Source: a virus (lineage: Duplodnaviria; Caudoviricetes). Taken from it: DNA of 26,986 bases. The position numbers and the translations under genes are program-made. The stretch spans positions 1-26,986 of IMG/VR virus record IMGVR_UViG_3300030708_001843; one strand, given 5' to 3'. The notes under the pieces are model-generated. The model ran no database searches. It saw only the letters and a program-made list of their open reading frames with translations, and was not told where the DNA came from. This document shows positions 9,588 to 17,177 of this stretch, one piece after another; position 1 is the first letter of the stretch, and every line of letters starts with the position of its first letter.

Positions 9588-10361
9588 ATGACAAACATCT
9601 TGGGTATCTCTGGAAGAAAACAAAGCGGAAAAACCACTTGCTCTACTTTTTTACACGGCTACCAACTTAGATTTCATGATATTATTGAAAAGTTCTTAAT
9701 GGACGACGAAGGCAATCTTATTGTTAATGCCGTAGAGATTGACGAAAAGGGCGAAGAAGTAGCTGGCATGGGATTTTTAGACATCGAAAGAAAAGATCCA
9801 GAGTTCATAGAATATGCAAGCAGGACAATATGGCCTTATGTAAAATCCTTCAGTTTTGCAGACCCGTTAAAAATTATTTGTATGCAGCTTTTTGGTTTGA
9901 CTGAAGCTCAATGCTACGGTACGGACGAAGATAAAAACACACCCATAAATATTAAATGGGAAAATATGCCTATCTATAAACTGAGTTCTGCGGAAAAGAC
10001 TGGCTTTATGACGGCTAGAGAATTCTTGCAATATTTTGGAACCGATGTGTGTCGTACAATAAAAGATAGCGTATGGGTAGATAGCTGTATAAACAGAATG
10101 TTAAACAGTGGTACAGAGCTGGCTATAGTTCCAGATATTAGATTTCCTAACGAAGTAAAAGCAATACAAAAAGCCGGAGGTAAAGTTATACGTTTAACTA
10201 GATCTCCATACGAAGACGTACACCCAAGCGAAACTTCACTGGATAATTATGAGGGGTTTGACCATGTGATAGACAACAAAGATATAGACATAGATGCAAC
10301 AAACATGGAACTAATGAAGACGCTCAGGGAATGGGGATGGCTAAAAACCAAAAGCTCATAA
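9588..10361 (+). CDS. Phage deoxynucleoside monophosphate kinase
   Basis: GISGRKQSGKTT P-loop, SFADPLK, REFLQYFGTDVCR, DIRFPNE, HPSE motifs of T4 gp1/T5-like dNMP kinases; RBS AGGA. Confidence 0.88.
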   Translation: MTNILGISGRKQSGKTTCSTFLHGYQLRFHDIIEKFLMDDEGNLIVNAVEIDEKGEEVAGMGFLDIERKDPEFIEYASRTIWPYVKSFSFADPLKIICMQLFGLTEAQCYGTDEDKNTPINIKWENMPIYKLSSAEKTGFMTAREFLQYFGTDVCRTIKDSVWVDSCINRMLNSGTELAIVPDIRFPNEVKAIQKAGGKVIRLTRSPYEDVHPSETSLDNYEGFDHVIDNKDIDIDATNMELMKTLREWGWLKTKSS

Positions 10362-10912
10362 GTATACCGTGGGATTCACGGATGGTAGAACAAGCACAAT
10401 CAAAAGCAAAAAAATTAGGAAGAATAAACAACTCAATACTAAAAGGTGGCGGTAATGCCGCCGGATACCTTGGAGAAGAAGCGGTCGCTGCTTATATTGG
10501 CGCGAAAATAACCAGTTGTAATAAAGGTAGTGAAAAGTACGATTATGACATTATCGCCAAAGATGGTCGCAGGATAGAAGTAAAAACAAAAAGAAGAACA
10601 GTTGATCCTTTGGATTATTATGACGTTTCAGTTGCAAAAACAAGCGTTCACCAAAGGCCAGACTTATATATTTTTGTAAGTATTAATTTTGAAGATATGA
10701 CGATGCAAGCAAGCAAGCGTGTTTATCGTGGTATCAAAAATATTTGGATAGTAGGGCAGGCAGAGCCTGAAGATTACTTTGCTAGAGCAAAGGTTTGGAA
10801 AAGCGGTGAAATTGATAAGAGAAACGGTTTTAAAACTCATGTAGATATGTACAACCTGCCCATATCAGAAATTGATCCTTTAGATGATAGTTTGTTACCA
10901 CAGGAGCAGTAG
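10331..10912 (+). CDS. Putative PD-(D/E)XK (restriction-endonuclease-like) nuclease
   Basis: GYLGEEAV...YDYDII...IEVKTK gives the E...D...ExK catalytic arrangement. Start is 10331 or 10337. Confidence 0.6.
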   Translation: MGMAKNQKLISIPWDSRMVEQAQSKAKKLGRINNSILKGGGNAAGYLGEEAVAAYIGAKITSCNKGSEKYDYDIIAKDGRRIEVKTKRRTVDPLDYYDVSVAKTSVHQRPDLYIFVSINFEDMTMQASKRVYRGIKNIWIVGQAEPEDYFARAKVWKSGEIDKRNGFKTHVDMYNLPISEIDPLDDSLLPQEQ

Positions 10913-11897
10913 TCTTGGTACGTTAGAATTTTGTCAGCAGAAATACTTTTTGCAATACAATCTTTCTTTCAAAGACAAGACCAACAAAAAAGCCTTAATG
11001 GGTACTATTACCCATAAGGTGATGCAAACTCTTGGAGACAAGAAAATTGCAATGAACAAAGGTCTTGACGTAGTAGAAGACGACGAGACCGGAAAAACAC
11101 TAACGCTTGAAGAATGTGATAATTTAGAGCTGTTAAATGACCTAGCCTTTGATTACTACTCATCTAGCTTTCCAGAAGTAAACATAACACAGGCAGACAA
11201 AAGAACCTGTCTAAAGTGGGCAGAAAAAGCGGTGGCGTATGAAGGTGGATCTTTAGATCCAAGAAACCAAGAAGTATTTGCAACTGAACTATTCTTCGAC
11301 ATTGAAATAAAAGAACCTTGGGCGAAATACTCTTACGACCTCGGAGGTAAGAAAATAGAAGGTTACTTATCAATCAAAGGAACAGTAGACCTGATATTAA
11401 AACAAGATGAAGATTACTATGAAATCCTAGATTACAAAACTGGCAAAAGAATAGACTGGGCAACAGGCGAAGAAAAAACATACGAAAAGCTACAAAAAGA
11501 TACTCAGCTTCTCTTGTACTATTACGCCCTTAAAAACATGTATCCAGAACGCGAATTTTCCATCAGTATTTACTACATAAATTCTGGCGGTCTATTCTCA
11601 ATGGCATTTGACGAAGAAGACTACGCAAAAGCGGAAGACATACTAAGAAAAAAGTTTGAACAGATAAGAAACACCCAACAACCCAAACTTCTTTCTAATG
11701 AAAATAAACACTGGAAATGTCAAAAGCTTTGTAAGTTTAGTGAACCTTATAAAGATACAGGAAAGAGTTTATGTCAACATATTCGAGATGAAGTCTCAGA
11801 AAAGGGCATAAACAAAGTTGTTGAAGAATACGGAAATATTGAAAAGATCACCACTTATGGAGATGGTGGTGGAAGATTAGCGGATAAGAAAAAATGA
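10884..11897 (+). CDS. RecB/AddB/Cas4-like PD-(D/E)XK exonuclease
   Basis: KGTVDLI, ILDYKTG, QLLLY (QxxxY); N-terminal Cys (FCQQKY) plus C-terminal CQKLC...C cluster. Confidence 0.85.
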   Translation: MIVCYHRSSSLGTLEFCQQKYFLQYNLSFKDKTNKKALMGTITHKVMQTLGDKKIAMNKGLDVVEDDETGKTLTLEECDNLELLNDLAFDYYSSSFPEVNITQADKRTCLKWAEKAVAYEGGSLDPRNQEVFATELFFDIEIKEPWAKYSYDLGGKKIEGYLSIKGTVDLILKQDEDYYEILDYKTGKRIDWATGEEKTYEKLQKDTQLLLYYYALKNMYPEREFSISIYYINSGGLFSMAFDEEDYAKAEDILRKKFEQIRNTQQPKLLSNENKHWKCQKLCKFSEPYKDTGKSLCQHIRDEVSEKGINKVVEEYGNIEKITTYGDGGGRLADKKK

Positions 11898-13807
11898 ATT
11901 GGACACCCCTACATTTGCATACGCACTACAGCCTCTTAGATGGCCTCTCAAAGCCCTCACAGGTTGCCTCACGGTGCGAAAAGCTTGGTTTTGAATCTTG
12001 CGCACTAACTGATCACGGCACTATATCGGGCGCTGTAGCCTTCACACAGGCATGTAGATCTAAAAACATTAAACCAATACTTGGGTGTGAGTTTTACCTA
12101 AGCCAGCAAGATTGCACGATTAAATCTGACAAAAATAGAAGCCTGAGCCATCTGTGTGTACTTGCTAAAAACAAACAGGGTTGGAACAGCTTAATCCAAG
12201 CTGTGTCCAAAAGTAATGACGAGGAAAACTTTTATTATAAACCTCGTTTAGATTTGCAAACTCTGGGACAATTCGCAAACGATAACCTCATAGCTTTTAG
12301 CGGTCATCTTGGAAGCGATTTGGCAAATGCTATATTTGCTGATGCTAAGTCGGCCTACAGCGCACCAACAGAAGATGAGGCTAAAAGATATGTACATCCC
12401 GATTGGGTTGATAACGTATTACTGCTAGCAAACAAGTATAGAGACATTTTTGGTAAAGATAATTTCTTTCTTGAAATCCAAGCTATAGATCAGGAAAACT
12501 CGCCTGCTGCAAGTTTGGTCGTTCAGGGTTTAAGATACATAGCCAAGAAATATAAGTTCCAAACCGTTGCTACAGCAGACTCGCATTATCCAGAAAAACA
12601 AGACGCTGGAGATCAACTGCTTCTTCTTTGTTCTGCAATGAAAACAACCCTACGAGGAATCAGAAAGAAACTTCAAGAAAACGGAGATGTTGCCTTTGGT
12701 GGGTTTATGAAGTCTAACAACTTCCATATTCCTTCGCTAGAAGAAATCCAAGCGGTGAATCAACCGCACGAAATAGCTAATACAATGCAAATCGCAGATA
12801 TGTGTGATAGCTATGACATACTTGGGAAACCAATGCTTCCTAAGTTTAATTGTCCTCAAGACAAATCAGAAGAAGAACATTTACGACAACTTTGTAGAGA
12901 TGGGTGGCTGTCTAGATTAGCACCAACTGGAAAAGTAAGCACCCAACAAGCAAAAGATATATATACAGAAAGAATCAAAGCAGAACTAGATGTTATCAGT
13001 GATGCAAACCTTTCTGGGTATTTTTTAATAGTTAGAGATATTGTAAATAGTGTTCACGAGAAGAATCATATTCCGGGGCCGGGAAGAGGTTCTGCTGCTG
13101 GATGTTTAGTATCATACTTAGTGGGTATAACACAGGTAGACCCAATAGAGTACGGATTAATATTTGAAAGATTTTACAATGCGGGCCGAAATACCGATAA
13201 TCATATATCTTTGCCAGATATTGATATTGATGTTCCCGCATCCAAGCGCGACGAAACAATTGATTATATACGAGGTAAGTACGGTCAAGAAAGAGTTGGT
13301 CAAATGGTTACATTTGGGCGGCTCCAAGGTAGAAGCGCGCTCAAAGAAGTCTTGAGAATGAACGAGGCTTGCGGGTTTGACGAAATGAATGCAATAACTA
13401 AAAGCTTACCGCATGAACACGAAGTCTCTGATCAATTAGCGGAAATGGATGACCCATCGGTAATTAGATGGACTCTTATGAATCAGCCAGAGGTTTTAAG
13501 AGGTTATTGCAGATTAAACGACAATGGAGAGCTAGAAGGGGATTATTCAAAGCTTTTTGCTCAAGCCATGCGAATAGAAGGAACTTTTAAATCTCAGGGC
13601 AAACACGCAGCAGGTGTTGTTATATCTTCACATAGCTTAAATGAAGTTTGCCCAATGGTAAGAGACAAAAAGGGTTCAGAAAAAATAGCTGGAATGGAAA
13701 TGAATGATTTAGAGGCTATGGGTCATGTCAAGTTCGACATACTCGGTATTTCTTTACTAGATAAAATCATGGGAGTTAGGGATCAACTCGAATATAACAA
13801 TGGTTAA
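11894..13807 (+). CDS. dnaE: DNA polymerase III alpha (DnaE), N-terminal part: PHP domain, palm and thumb
   Basis: HLHTHYSLLDG, TDHG, GCE, DSHY (PHP); GPGRGSAAG, FERF, PDIDID, KHAAGVVI, KFDILG (polymerase catalytic Asp motifs); stops shortly after KFDILG. Confidence 0.95.
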   Translation: MNWTPLHLHTHYSLLDGLSKPSQVASRCEKLGFESCALTDHGTISGAVAFTQACRSKNIKPILGCEFYLSQQDCTIKSDKNRSLSHLCVLAKNKQGWNSLIQAVSKSNDEENFYYKPRLDLQTLGQFANDNLIAFSGHLGSDLANAIFADAKSAYSAPTEDEAKRYVHPDWVDNVLLLANKYRDIFGKDNFFLEIQAIDQENSPAASLVVQGLRYIAKKYKFQTVATADSHYPEKQDAGDQLLLLCSAMKTTLRGIRKKLQENGDVAFGGFMKSNNFHIPSLEEIQAVNQPHEIANTMQIADMCDSYDILGKPMLPKFNCPQDKSEEEHLRQLCRDGWLSRLAPTGKVSTQQAKDIYTERIKAELDVISDANLSGYFLIVRDIVNSVHEKNHIPGPGRGSAAGCLVSYLVGITQVDPIEYGLIFERFYNAGRNTDNHISLPDIDIDVPASKRDETIDYIRGKYGQERVGQMVTFGRLQGRSALKEVLRMNEACGFDEMNAITKSLPHEHEVSDQLAEMDDPSVIRWTLMNQPEVLRGYCRLNDNGELEGDYSKLFAQAMRIEGTFKSQGKHAAGVVISSHSLNEVCPMVRDKKGSEKIAGMEMNDLEAMGHVKFDILGISLLDKIMGVRDQLEYNNG

Positions 13808-14030
13808 TAAAGACACAAAAAAAGGTTACAGACAAAGAATAAAAGATAAAATCCAGAATGGATGGTACGAAGAATATAAAGGTCTTTCCATTTGCAGGAT
13901 AAACGATTTTTACCCGCTAATGAACGGTAAAATAAAGTACCAAGTACACTCACATTTTTTTAGTAAGTTGTATGATGATATTGAATTGGCATTAGACAAA
14001 TTTTTTGAAATTAGAAGGAAGATAAGATGA
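13800..14030 (+). CDS. Small basic hypothetical protein between the dnaE fragments
   Basis: 76 aa; overlaps the dnaE-N stop and is ATGA-coupled to the exonuclease. Confidence 0.6.
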   Translation: MVNKDTKKGYRQRIKDKIQNGWYEEYKGLSICRINDFYPLMNGKIKYQVHSHFFSKLYDDIELALDKFFEIRRKIR

Positions 14031-14710
14031 ATTACAAGGATATTATTGTCTTTGATTTTGAAACTGGCTCACGCAATCCAGATAAAACGCAACCGGTTCA
14101 GATTGCAGCGGTTGCTATTCATGGAAGAAAACTAACGGTTCAACCAGAAGGTTACTTTGAGAGTCTCATAAGGCCAATATTCGACGATGAAGAGGCTATT
14201 GAAAACGGCTTAGATCCCATAGAGGATGAAGCTCTAGCTGTTAATGGCAAGACTAGGAAAGAATTGGCAAAAGCCCCTTCAGCTAAAACTGTTTGGAAAA
14301 AGTTTACCAACTTTGTGAATAGGTACAACTTCAAAGGAACTCCCTATTATGCACCCATCGCAGCCGGTTATAACATAGTGGGTTTTGATATGCCAATCGT
14401 ACAACGTATGTGCGATATGTATGGCCCAGTAGATAAAAAAACTGGAAAGCAAACCCTATTCAATAAAATTCATCGGATTGATGTAATGGATAGTGTCTGG
14501 ATGTGGATGGAAAACAATGCTGATGTGAAATCTCTTAGCATGGATTCAATGCGAGATTTGTTTGGGATGAGCAAAGAAAATGCCCACGACGCACTGCAAG
14601 ACGTAAAAGACACAGCAAACCTGATGATAGGTTTCATGAAATTGCATAGACGTATTGCGCCAAAAATTAAATTTGAAAAGGCTTTTGCAGATGGAAACCT
14701 CCACATTTGA
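14027..14710 (+). CDS. DEDDh 3'-5' exonuclease (DnaQ/epsilon-like)
   Basis: ExoI FDFETG, ExoII GYNIVGFD, ExoIII AHDALQD. Confidence 0.92.
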   Translation: MNYKDIIVFDFETGSRNPDKTQPVQIAAVAIHGRKLTVQPEGYFESLIRPIFDDEEAIENGLDPIEDEALAVNGKTRKELAKAPSAKTVWKKFTNFVNRYNFKGTPYYAPIAAGYNIVGFDMPIVQRMCDMYGPVDKKTGKQTLFNKIHRIDVMDSVWMWMENNADVKSLSMDSMRDLFGMSKENAHDALQDVKDTANLMIGFMKLHRRIAPKIKFEKAFADGNLHI

Positions 14711-16286
14711 AATTCTTGAACTTGGATTTGAAGACCAAAAAACTTGGGATTTAATATGCTCAGGAAAAACTAAGGGAGTTTTCCAGCTAGAAAGCAACTT
14801 GGGTAAGTCTTGGGCAAAAAGAGTCAAACCAAGGAATATAGAAGAGCTTGCTGCTTTAATATCAATTATCAGGCCGGGAACATTAAAAGCCATCCAAGAT
14901 GGTAAGTCAATGACCCAAAGATTTGTTGATCGCAAGAACCTTAAAGAAGAAATAACCTACCTTCATCCTTCTTTAGAGCCTATACTCAAAACAACCCAAG
15001 GGGTTCTTGTGTATCAAGAGCAGTCTATGCAGATTGCTCAAATGCTTGCTGGGTTCAGCCTTCAAGAAGCCGACAACCTTCGGAAGGCTATCGGTAAGAA
15101 AAAAGCCGATCTAATGGCAAAAGTAAAGAAATCTTTCCTAAAGGGAGCGGCTAGTAAAGGAATCGTTACTAAGGAAGCGGCTGAAGAAATCTTTAGCTGG
15201 ATTGAGAAGTCCAGTAGATACGCCTTTAATAAATCTCACGCTGTTTCTTATGCTATATGTGCTTATTGGAGTGCATATGCTAAGGCTCATTATCCCTTGC
15301 AGTTTTACTGCAACTATCTTCTTCATTCTTCTGGCAAGCCTGATCCACAACAAGAAGTAAAAGAGCTTGTTAATGACGCAAAGAATAATGAAATTTATAT
15401 AAGCCCACCATCCATAAAAGCTATTAATACTCAAACCGACATTATTGATGGTCAAATACACTTTGGGCTTGTGGACGTAAAGTCTGTTGGTATAAAACAA
15501 ATAGACAAATTTAAAACTGTTCTTACCAGTATAGAAGAATCTTTAGGTAATAAACCTTTACATGATTGGTCTTGGTACGAATTTCTTATACTAGCTTCTC
15601 CCCAAATTAATTCAAGGATGCTTATAGCTTTAATATCAGTTGGCTTCTTTGCTCATCTACCAGAATCAAGACAGCAAATGCTTGATGAGTTTGATACTTG
15701 GAGTGGATTGACAAAAAAAGAGCAGGAATGGGCAGCAACGCATTATCTTAAATATAATAACATTATAGAACTCTTAACAGCGATGGCTCCTACTAAGAAA
15801 GAGGGAGGAGCTACATTTAACACAAAGAGATCGCAAATAATTAAGGATTTGCTAATTCAGTGCAAAAACCCTTCTTATTCATTAAAGGATGATCCAGAAT
15901 GGGTCATAAGAACTGAAGAAAATTATCTTGGTGTTGCTTTAACTTATTCAAGGATTGAGACTTATGAAACCAATTTAGCAAACACCACAATAAAAGAATT
16001 TTATGATGGTAAAAGAGGTAATGTAAAAATGGCCGTTACTATCTCAGAGGTCAAAAAGTACATTACAAAAAAGGGTAAAATGCAAGGAACAGAAATGGCT
16101 TTTCTTTGCGTAGAAGATCACACTGGAACCTTAGACACGGTGACTGCGTTTGCAGAAAAATGGAAAGAGTATAAGAATGTTTTATATGAGGGTAACAATA
16201 TTATATTAGTTGGTCAAAACAGTAAAAAGAAAAGATACCAACTTGATGACGGCTTTATTATTGAAAGCGTAATAGAACTGAATTGA
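14691..16286 (+). CDS. dnaE: DNA polymerase III alpha (DnaE), C-terminal part: fingers, HhH, OB-fold
   Basis: GVFQLES, IIRPG, TQGVLVYQEQ, ADNLRKAIGKK, YAFNKSHAVSY, FGLVDVKSVG (HhH), EENYLG, MAFLCVEDHTG (OB). Likely ATG at 14691; the ORF track gives TTG at 14655. Confidence 0.95.
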   Translation: METSTFEILELGFEDQKTWDLICSGKTKGVFQLESNLGKSWAKRVKPRNIEELAALISIIRPGTLKAIQDGKSMTQRFVDRKNLKEEITYLHPSLEPILKTTQGVLVYQEQSMQIAQMLAGFSLQEADNLRKAIGKKKADLMAKVKKSFLKGAASKGIVTKEAAEEIFSWIEKSSRYAFNKSHAVSYAICAYWSAYAKAHYPLQFYCNYLLHSSGKPDPQQEVKELVNDAKNNEIYISPPSIKAINTQTDIIDGQIHFGLVDVKSVGIKQIDKFKTVLTSIEESLGNKPLHDWSWYEFLILASPQINSRMLIALISVGFFAHLPESRQQMLDEFDTWSGLTKKEQEWAATHYLKYNNIIELLTAMAPTKKEGGATFNTKRSQIIKDLLIQCKNPSYSLKDDPEWVIRTEENYLGVALTYSRIETYETNLANTTIKEFYDGKRGNVKMAVTISEVKKYITKKGKMQGTEMAFLCVEDHTGTLDTVTAFAEKWKEYKNVLYEGNNIILVGQNSKKKRYQLDDGFIIESVIELN

Positions 16287-16311
16287 CTCAGAAGCGATTA
16301 CCTCATATCAT
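16283..16311 (+). promoter_or_regulatory. Sigma70-type promoter upstream of ssb
   Basis: TTGACT (16283-16288), 17-bp spacer, TATCAT (16306-16311). It runs from the dnaE-C stop into the only sizeable intergenic gap; AAGGAAAG RBS precedes the ATG at 16349. Confidence 0.75.
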
Positions 16312-16348
16312 TAATTAACGATTGATCCTTCAATAACAAGGAAAGCTC

Positions 16349-16702
16349 ATGAACACTATTTCAAATTATTGTCGATTCATTGGCAGGTTAACAGCCGATC
16401 CAAAAATTGTGGAATTTGACAATACAACATTATGCACTTTCACATTGGCGATTAGCGAGTACAGAAAAGAAAAGAACGGCGAAAAAAGGAAAAGCGTCAA
16501 CTTTTTCGATTTTGAAGCTTGGGATTCAGGTGGAGAAACGATAGAAAAGTATTGCGTTAAGGGTGACATTATTGACTTAGTTGCCTCCGCAAGAAATAAT
16601 TCTTGGGTGGATAAAAATGGCAACAAAAGATTCTCAACAAAATTCAGAGTCAAAGAATTCAAACTCTTCAACTCCAGAGAAAAACAAGAACAATCTAGTT
16701 AA
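16349..16702 (+). CDS. ssb: Single-stranded DNA-binding protein (OB-fold only)
   Basis: IGRLTADP, FTLAI, FFDFEAW, KGD, WVDKNGNKR motifs of bacterial SSB; lacks the acidic C-terminal tail. Confidence 0.9.
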   Translation: MNTISNYCRFIGRLTADPKIVEFDNTTLCTFTLAISEYRKEKNGEKRKSVNFFDFEAWDSGGETIEKYCVKGDIIDLVASARNNSWVDKNGNKRFSTKFRVKEFKLFNSREKQEQSS

Positions 16703-17177
16703 ACCAAATACACTAGATCAAAAAGAGCTTGAAGAAAAGCTAGTTCATTCTCATTATGGGCTAGTCGTTTCTCAAGCTCTTTATTTTTTAGATGATCCTA
16801 ATTTTGAAGACTATATTCAGGCGGGTCTTATTGGCTTACTTAAAGCCATTAGGAACTACGACAAAAATAGATCTACTTTTAGCACTTATGCTCATGTATG
16901 TATAAAAAATCAAATTAACAAGTTAAATAAAAGATCAATAAAACATGCAGTAAAAAATTCTAGAAATGTCAATGAACAAGATAAGCAGTATAATAAAGAA
17001 GAAGTTTTAGATGAGTGTATTCCAGAGTTTTTGTCAGAGGAAAATAAGTTTATAATTAAACTAAGAATTCAGGGCTATACAAATTCTGAGATAGCTAGTT
17101 TCCTGTCATGCTCTAAATCGGAAGTTAAAGCAAAGATAGAGTTAATTATAAAGCTGTTGAAAGATTATAACGAATGA
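16617..17177 (+). CDS. Sigma-70-family alternative RNA polymerase sigma factor (regions 2 and 4)
   Basis: Region 2: EDYIQAGLIGLLKAIRNYD...FSTYAHVCIKNQI; region 4: LSEENKFIIKLRIQGYTNSEIASFL. Start is uncertain (16581 TTG or 16617 ATG, both inside ssb). Confidence 0.85.
   Translation: MATKDSQQNSESKNSNSSTPEKNKNNLVKPNTLDQKELEEKLVHSHYGLVVSQALYFLDDPNFEDYIQAGLIGLLKAIRNYDKNRSTFSTYAHVCIKNQINKLNKRSIKHAVKNSRNVNEQDKQYNKEEVLDECIPEFLSEENKFIIKLRIQGYTNSEIASFLSCSKSEVKAKIELIIKLLKDYNE

Noticed and set aside
10884-11897. CRISPR-Cas system suggested by the Cas4-like nuclease
   Set aside because: No repeat-spacer array or other cas genes are seen, and there is no intergenic space for an array.
14640-14710. Programmed frameshift fusing the exonuclease to DnaE-C
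   Set aside because: The frames overlap and would need a +1 shift, but I see no convincing shift signal, and an in-frame ATG at 14691 explains expression.
13750-14750. Split intein or self-splicing intron explaining the dnaE interruption
   Set aside because: No intein terminal motifs on either half. The gap is fully occupied by overlapping ORFs, leaving no evident room for a ribozyme core. Not formally excluded without HMM/covariance searches.
11894-16286. dnaE as a pseudogene
   Set aside because: Both halves are long, uninterrupted, keep their catalytic motifs and are coupled to neighbouring genes.
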